A stretch of 64,000 nt of DNA, from positions 140 through 64,139 of the forward strand of contig DASYFD010000162.1 in NCBI GenBank assembly GCA_036498625.1, written 5' to 3'. Each line of letters begins with the position of its first letter. Within the stretch, counting starts at the first letter, position 1. The stretch is from Xanthobacteraceae bacterium (GTDB lineage Bacteria; Pseudomonadota; Alphaproteobacteria; Rhizobiales; Xanthobacteraceae). The position numbers and the translations under genes were made by a program. The notes below the pieces were generated by a model. The model saw nothing but the letters and a program-made list of their open reading frames with translations, was not told the DNA's origin and did not search any database. Below, piece after piece: positions 61,582-64,000 of this stretch.

Positions 61582-62553
61582 TTACTCCCCGCGGATACCC
61601 GCCGCCTTGATGATCGGCCCCCATTTCTCATAGTCGGATCGGATCAAGGCGGCGAACTGCTCGGGCGGGCTGCCGATTGGGGTGGCGCCGAGCGCGAGCA
61701 GGCGCGCCTTCACGGTCGGGGCGTTGACCGCGTCGGCGCAATCCTTGGCGAGCTTGGCCTTGATGTCGGGCGGCAGGCCGGCGGGGCCGAGCAGGCCCCA
61801 CCACACGCCGGTATCGAAGCCGGGAAGTCCTGATTCTGCGATCGTTGGCACATCGGGCAGGACCGGGGAGCGGAGCGCGGTGGTCACGCCCAGCGGCCGC
61901 ACCGTGCCGGCGGTGATCTGCGCGATCGATTCCGGAATGTTGTTGAAGGTCATCGGGATGTGGCCGCCGATCAGGTCGGTCAAGGCCGGTGCACCTCCCT
62001 TGTAGGGCACCGGCGTGATGTCGATCTTGGCCATGTATTTGAGCAGCTCGCCCGCCAGATGCGGCGAGGTGCCGGTGCCGGCATGGCCGTAGGAAAACTG
62101 CCCCGGCCGCTCGCGCGCCGCCGCGATCAGGTCGGCGAGCGTCCGGATCGGCGAATCCGCGCGCACCAGCAGCATGTTGGGCGAGGTGCCGATCAGCGTC
62201 AGCGGGGTGAAATCGTTGAACGAGTCGTAGGGCAGCTTGGCGTAGAGATGCGGATTGAGCGCATGGCCGGTGGCCACGATGATGAGCGTGTAGCCGTCGG
62301 GCGCAGCCCGGGCGGCCGCCTCGGACGCCACCATGCCGCCAGCGCCGGGCCGGTTCTCCACCACCACGCCGCGCCCCCAGCGGCTCGCCAATTCATCGCC
62401 CAGCGTGCGGGCCACGATGTCGACCGCGCCGCCGGGCGCGAACGGCACCAGGAGATGCACCGGCCGCGCCGGGAAGGCGTCCTGTGCCGCAGCCGCCCCG
62501 ATCGCGGCCAGGAGCGAGACGGTCGCGGCGAGGAGCCTTGTCCACCGGGTCAT
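61582..62553 (-). CDS. Bug-family (TctC-like) substrate-binding protein
   Basis: 323-aa ORF. SD GGGAGG, signal peptide, then FPARPVHLLVPFAPGGAVDIVAR...ENRPGAGG...APDGYTLII. Confidence 0.9.
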   Translation of the reverse strand: MTRWTRLLAATVSLLAAIGAAAAQDAFPARPVHLLVPFAPGGAVDIVARTLGDELASRWGRGVVVENRPGAGGMVASEAAARAAPDGYTLIIVATGHALNPHLYAKLPYDSFNDFTPLTLIGTSPNMLLVRADSPIRTLADLIAAARERPGQFSYGHAGTGTSPHLAGELLKYMAKIDITPVPYKGGAPALTDLIGGHIPMTFNNIPESIAQITAGTVRPLGVTTALRSPVLPDVPTIAESGLPGFDTGVWWGLLGPAGLPPDIKAKLAKDCADAVNAPTVKARLLALGATPIGSPPEQFAALIRSDYEKWGPIIKAAGIRGE

Positions 62554-62687
62554 GGCACGCCTCCCTCATCTTGGTCCGACGATTACTTACCCGCGAGGTC
62601 GACGCGATGCTGGCGGCGACGGGGGCGCAGTTTCGCATGCATGCGGCCATCTTCTGAGACGTATTTTTCGCGGCCGACGAACGGCCG

Positions 62688-62821
62688 CGTGTCCCGGATG
62701 CGGTGCAGCGCGTAGCCCTTGCGGAGCGGGCTCCGCTGATCCGGGACCGTTCCAGGCTCAGAGTTTGGAACGGTCCCGGGTCTGCAGCGCACCACTAAGA
62801 AGTGCTGCGCTGCGCCCGGGA
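62688..62821. repeat. composite REP region with several hairpins (GTCCCGGAT...ATCCGGGAC; CCGGGACCGTTCCA...TGGAACGGTCCCGG)
   Basis: Inverted repeats seen directly. The shadow ORF translates as ...LHRIRDTRP..., typical of a repeat family common in this type of genome. Confidence 0.6.
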
Positions 62822-62834
62822 CAAGCGCGCCGTC

Positions 62835-63962
62835 CTACTTGATCTGGTAGACGCCGATGCAGCCGTTGGGGCAATCCGGGTGGCCGGCCGTCAGCGGCAC
62901 GAAGATCGCGCCGTTGGTCGAATCGGCGGCGACCGAATGGGCGTTCTCGCCGGTGGGGATGCTTTCCACGAAGGTGTTGGTGTCGGCATTGATCACGCCC
63001 AGGACCGGGCCAGAGGGAAAGTCGCGCGAGGCGGTGTAGTACTGGCGCGCCTTCGGATTGTACCAGACCTCGTCCTGGCCGCCGAGCTCGTGGATCACCT
63101 TGACCACCTTCTCGGTCGCCACGTCGATGATCACTGTCGCCGGGGTGAGCACCGTCGGTGTTCTGGCCTTCGAGCCGGCGCCGCAGCCCACGATCACGTT
63201 GGTGCCGGGGCCCTGCGCCAGGCCGAATGGCACGCAGTCGTTGATCGGGATCAGCTTGGTCATCTTCAGGGTCTTGGGATCGAACACCGCGAGCCCGCCG
63301 TGGTTCTTCTCTTCCTTCCAGATCGGCACCGACGCATAGAACAGTCCGGTCTCCGGCACGTAGAGCGGCTGGTCGATGCCGTCGCTAGCCTCCGGCATCT
63401 CGATCTTGGCCAGGACAGCATGGTCGGGCTTGGTCGAGATGAAGGTCACATAGGAGGGCTTGTCGGCATTGTTGCCGACCAGCACCATGCCGTCCTTGGT
63501 GTCGATGCCGAGCTCATCGGCGCGCTTCTGGCCGCCCGTGCTGATGGAGGCAATGATCTTGGGCGGATTGGCGGCCACGTCGATGACCTTGACGGTGCTG
63601 TCGCCGTCGGCGGCCCACAGCTGCTTCTGCCCGGGATCGAAGGCGACCCCATTGGGCCCACTGAGCTGGATGTTCGGACGTTTGTCCTCGTTGAACTTGA
63701 GCCCGACAAATCCGGTGACCCGGCCCACATAGGTCATATTGCGGGTATCGAAGATGTTGACCGCGGCGTTCGAGCGGTCGGTGACGTAATAGCGTCCCGT
63801 CTCCGAATCCACGTAGCCGATGTCGAACTGCTCCATCTTGTTGCCCGGGATCTGGATGAGGGCGATGCGGGTGAGGCTGGCCGCAAAGGCGCCGGTGCCG
63901 AGCGCCGCGATGGCGCCGGCGGCCAGAATCGAGATTCTCTGCACACGCTTGGACATGATCAT
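62835..63962 (-). CDS. exported beta-propeller protein (YncE/lactonase-like repeats)
   Basis: 375-aa ORF. SD GGGAGG, signal peptide, and repeated blade-like segments (YYVTDRSNAAVNIFD, LWAADGDSTVKVID, VWYNPKARQYYTA). Confidence 0.75.
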   Translation of the reverse strand: MIMSKRVQRISILAAGAIAALGTGAFAASLTRIALIQIPGNKMEQFDIGYVDSETGRYYVTDRSNAAVNIFDTRNMTYVGRVTGFVGLKFNEDKRPNIQLSGPNGVAFDPGQKQLWAADGDSTVKVIDVAANPPKIIASISTGGQKRADELGIDTKDGMVLVGNNADKPSYVTFISTKPDHAVLAKIEMPEASDGIDQPLYVPETGLFYASVPIWKEEKNHGGLAVFDPKTLKMTKLIPINDCVPFGLAQGPGTNVIVGCGAGSKARTPTVLTPATVIIDVATEKVVKVIHELGGQDEVWYNPKARQYYTASRDFPSGPVLGVINADTNTFVESIPTGENAHSVAADSTNGAIFVPLTAGHPDCPNGCIGVYQIK

Positions 63963-64000
63963 GGTTTCCTCCCTGGCGAAGCCGCGGAGGCGGCCCCGGA

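Noticed and set aside
62670-62689. Hairpin CGCGGCCG-ACGAA-CGGCCGCG with an adjacent T-run as a terminator
   Set aside because: The T-run precedes the stem on the plus strand and becomes an A-run after the stem on the minus strand. Neither orientation fits an intrinsic terminator.
1-64000. Mobile genetic island, prophage, defence system, CRISPR, tRNA or rRNA
   Set aside because: I could recognise no integrase, transposase, phage structural, restriction, Cas or toxin-antitoxin-like gene, and no tRNA-like or rRNA-like sequence. Base composition looks uniform by eye. A tRNA scan, rRNA HMMs and defence-system HMMs would be the decisive checks.

Overview
High-GC chromosomal segment. It is probably from an alphaproteobacterium of the Bradyrhizobium/Nitrobacteraceae type. 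That placement is an inference from the repeat families (the hairpin that translates as 'MAGTSPAMT', the 'GEGRDEG' hairpins), three Bug/TctC receptors and the codon bias. No rRNA, tRNA, CRISPR array, transposase or integrase was recognised by eye. About 60 protein genes can be supported; most other long ORFs in the track are antisense shadows of these.

Layout:
- 1-19861, all minus strand. Contains an SBP fragment and a Tat-signal class II aldolase-like protein. Then an SBP plus a PhtD-like protein. Then a complete coenzyme F420 operon (fgd-cofE-cofD-cofC-fbiC). Directly upstream on the same strand sits an uncharacterised CoA-dependent catabolic operon: TPP enzyme, LLM oxidoreductase, RpiR, two family III CoA-transferases, enoyl-CoA hydratase, and a thiolase-like/DUF35 pair.
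- 20100-29352, plus strand. Bug receptor, CMD-family protein, amidohydrolase-2, MaoC-like hydratase, ALDH, ACAD, GntR, a small zinc-ribbon protein and a UbiD-family decarboxylase.
- 29400-34300. A stress-protein island (28-aa peptide, PRC-barrel, Zn-ribbon, membrane protein, CsbD/DUF883, YciF/DUF892, DUF2252). Several of these genes are preceded by GGAAC-N16-CGTT (EcfG-type) promoter motifs.
- 34351-36523. An ECF41/SigJ-like sigma factor coupled to a flavoprotein, with a TGTCACG-N16-TGTC promoter motif.
- 37242-42515. Housekeeping-type genes (rfbB, cysQ, yfcG-like GST, M32 carboxypeptidase) plus an orphan HNH protein.
- 42602-44917. A cytochrome c plus a heme-c/beta-propeller exported protein.
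- 45024-52033. A membrane-lipid gene cluster: acyltransferase, 2OG oxygenase, second psd, class III aminotransferase, membrane protein, Pmt-like methyltransferase, GT4 glycosyltransferase.
- 52363-63962. Exported amidohydrolase, Bug receptors, tandem secreted paralogs, and a TRAP transporter flanked by both a DctP-type and a TAXI-type receptor.

The most interesting unexplained signals:
- the F420 operon and its physical coupling to the unknown CoA-dependent pathway;
- an in-frame REP element inside fbiC;
- the lipid cluster;
- a duplicated promoter-plus-hairpin module that may be a small RNA;
- two recurring operator-like palindromes (GCAAC-N7-GTTGC and CGAAGCG-N2-CGCTTG);
- the heme-propeller pair;
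- the dual-receptor TRAP locus.

No classical defence or mobile system is evident. All functional calls come from motif recognition by eye and need HMM/BLAST confirmation.
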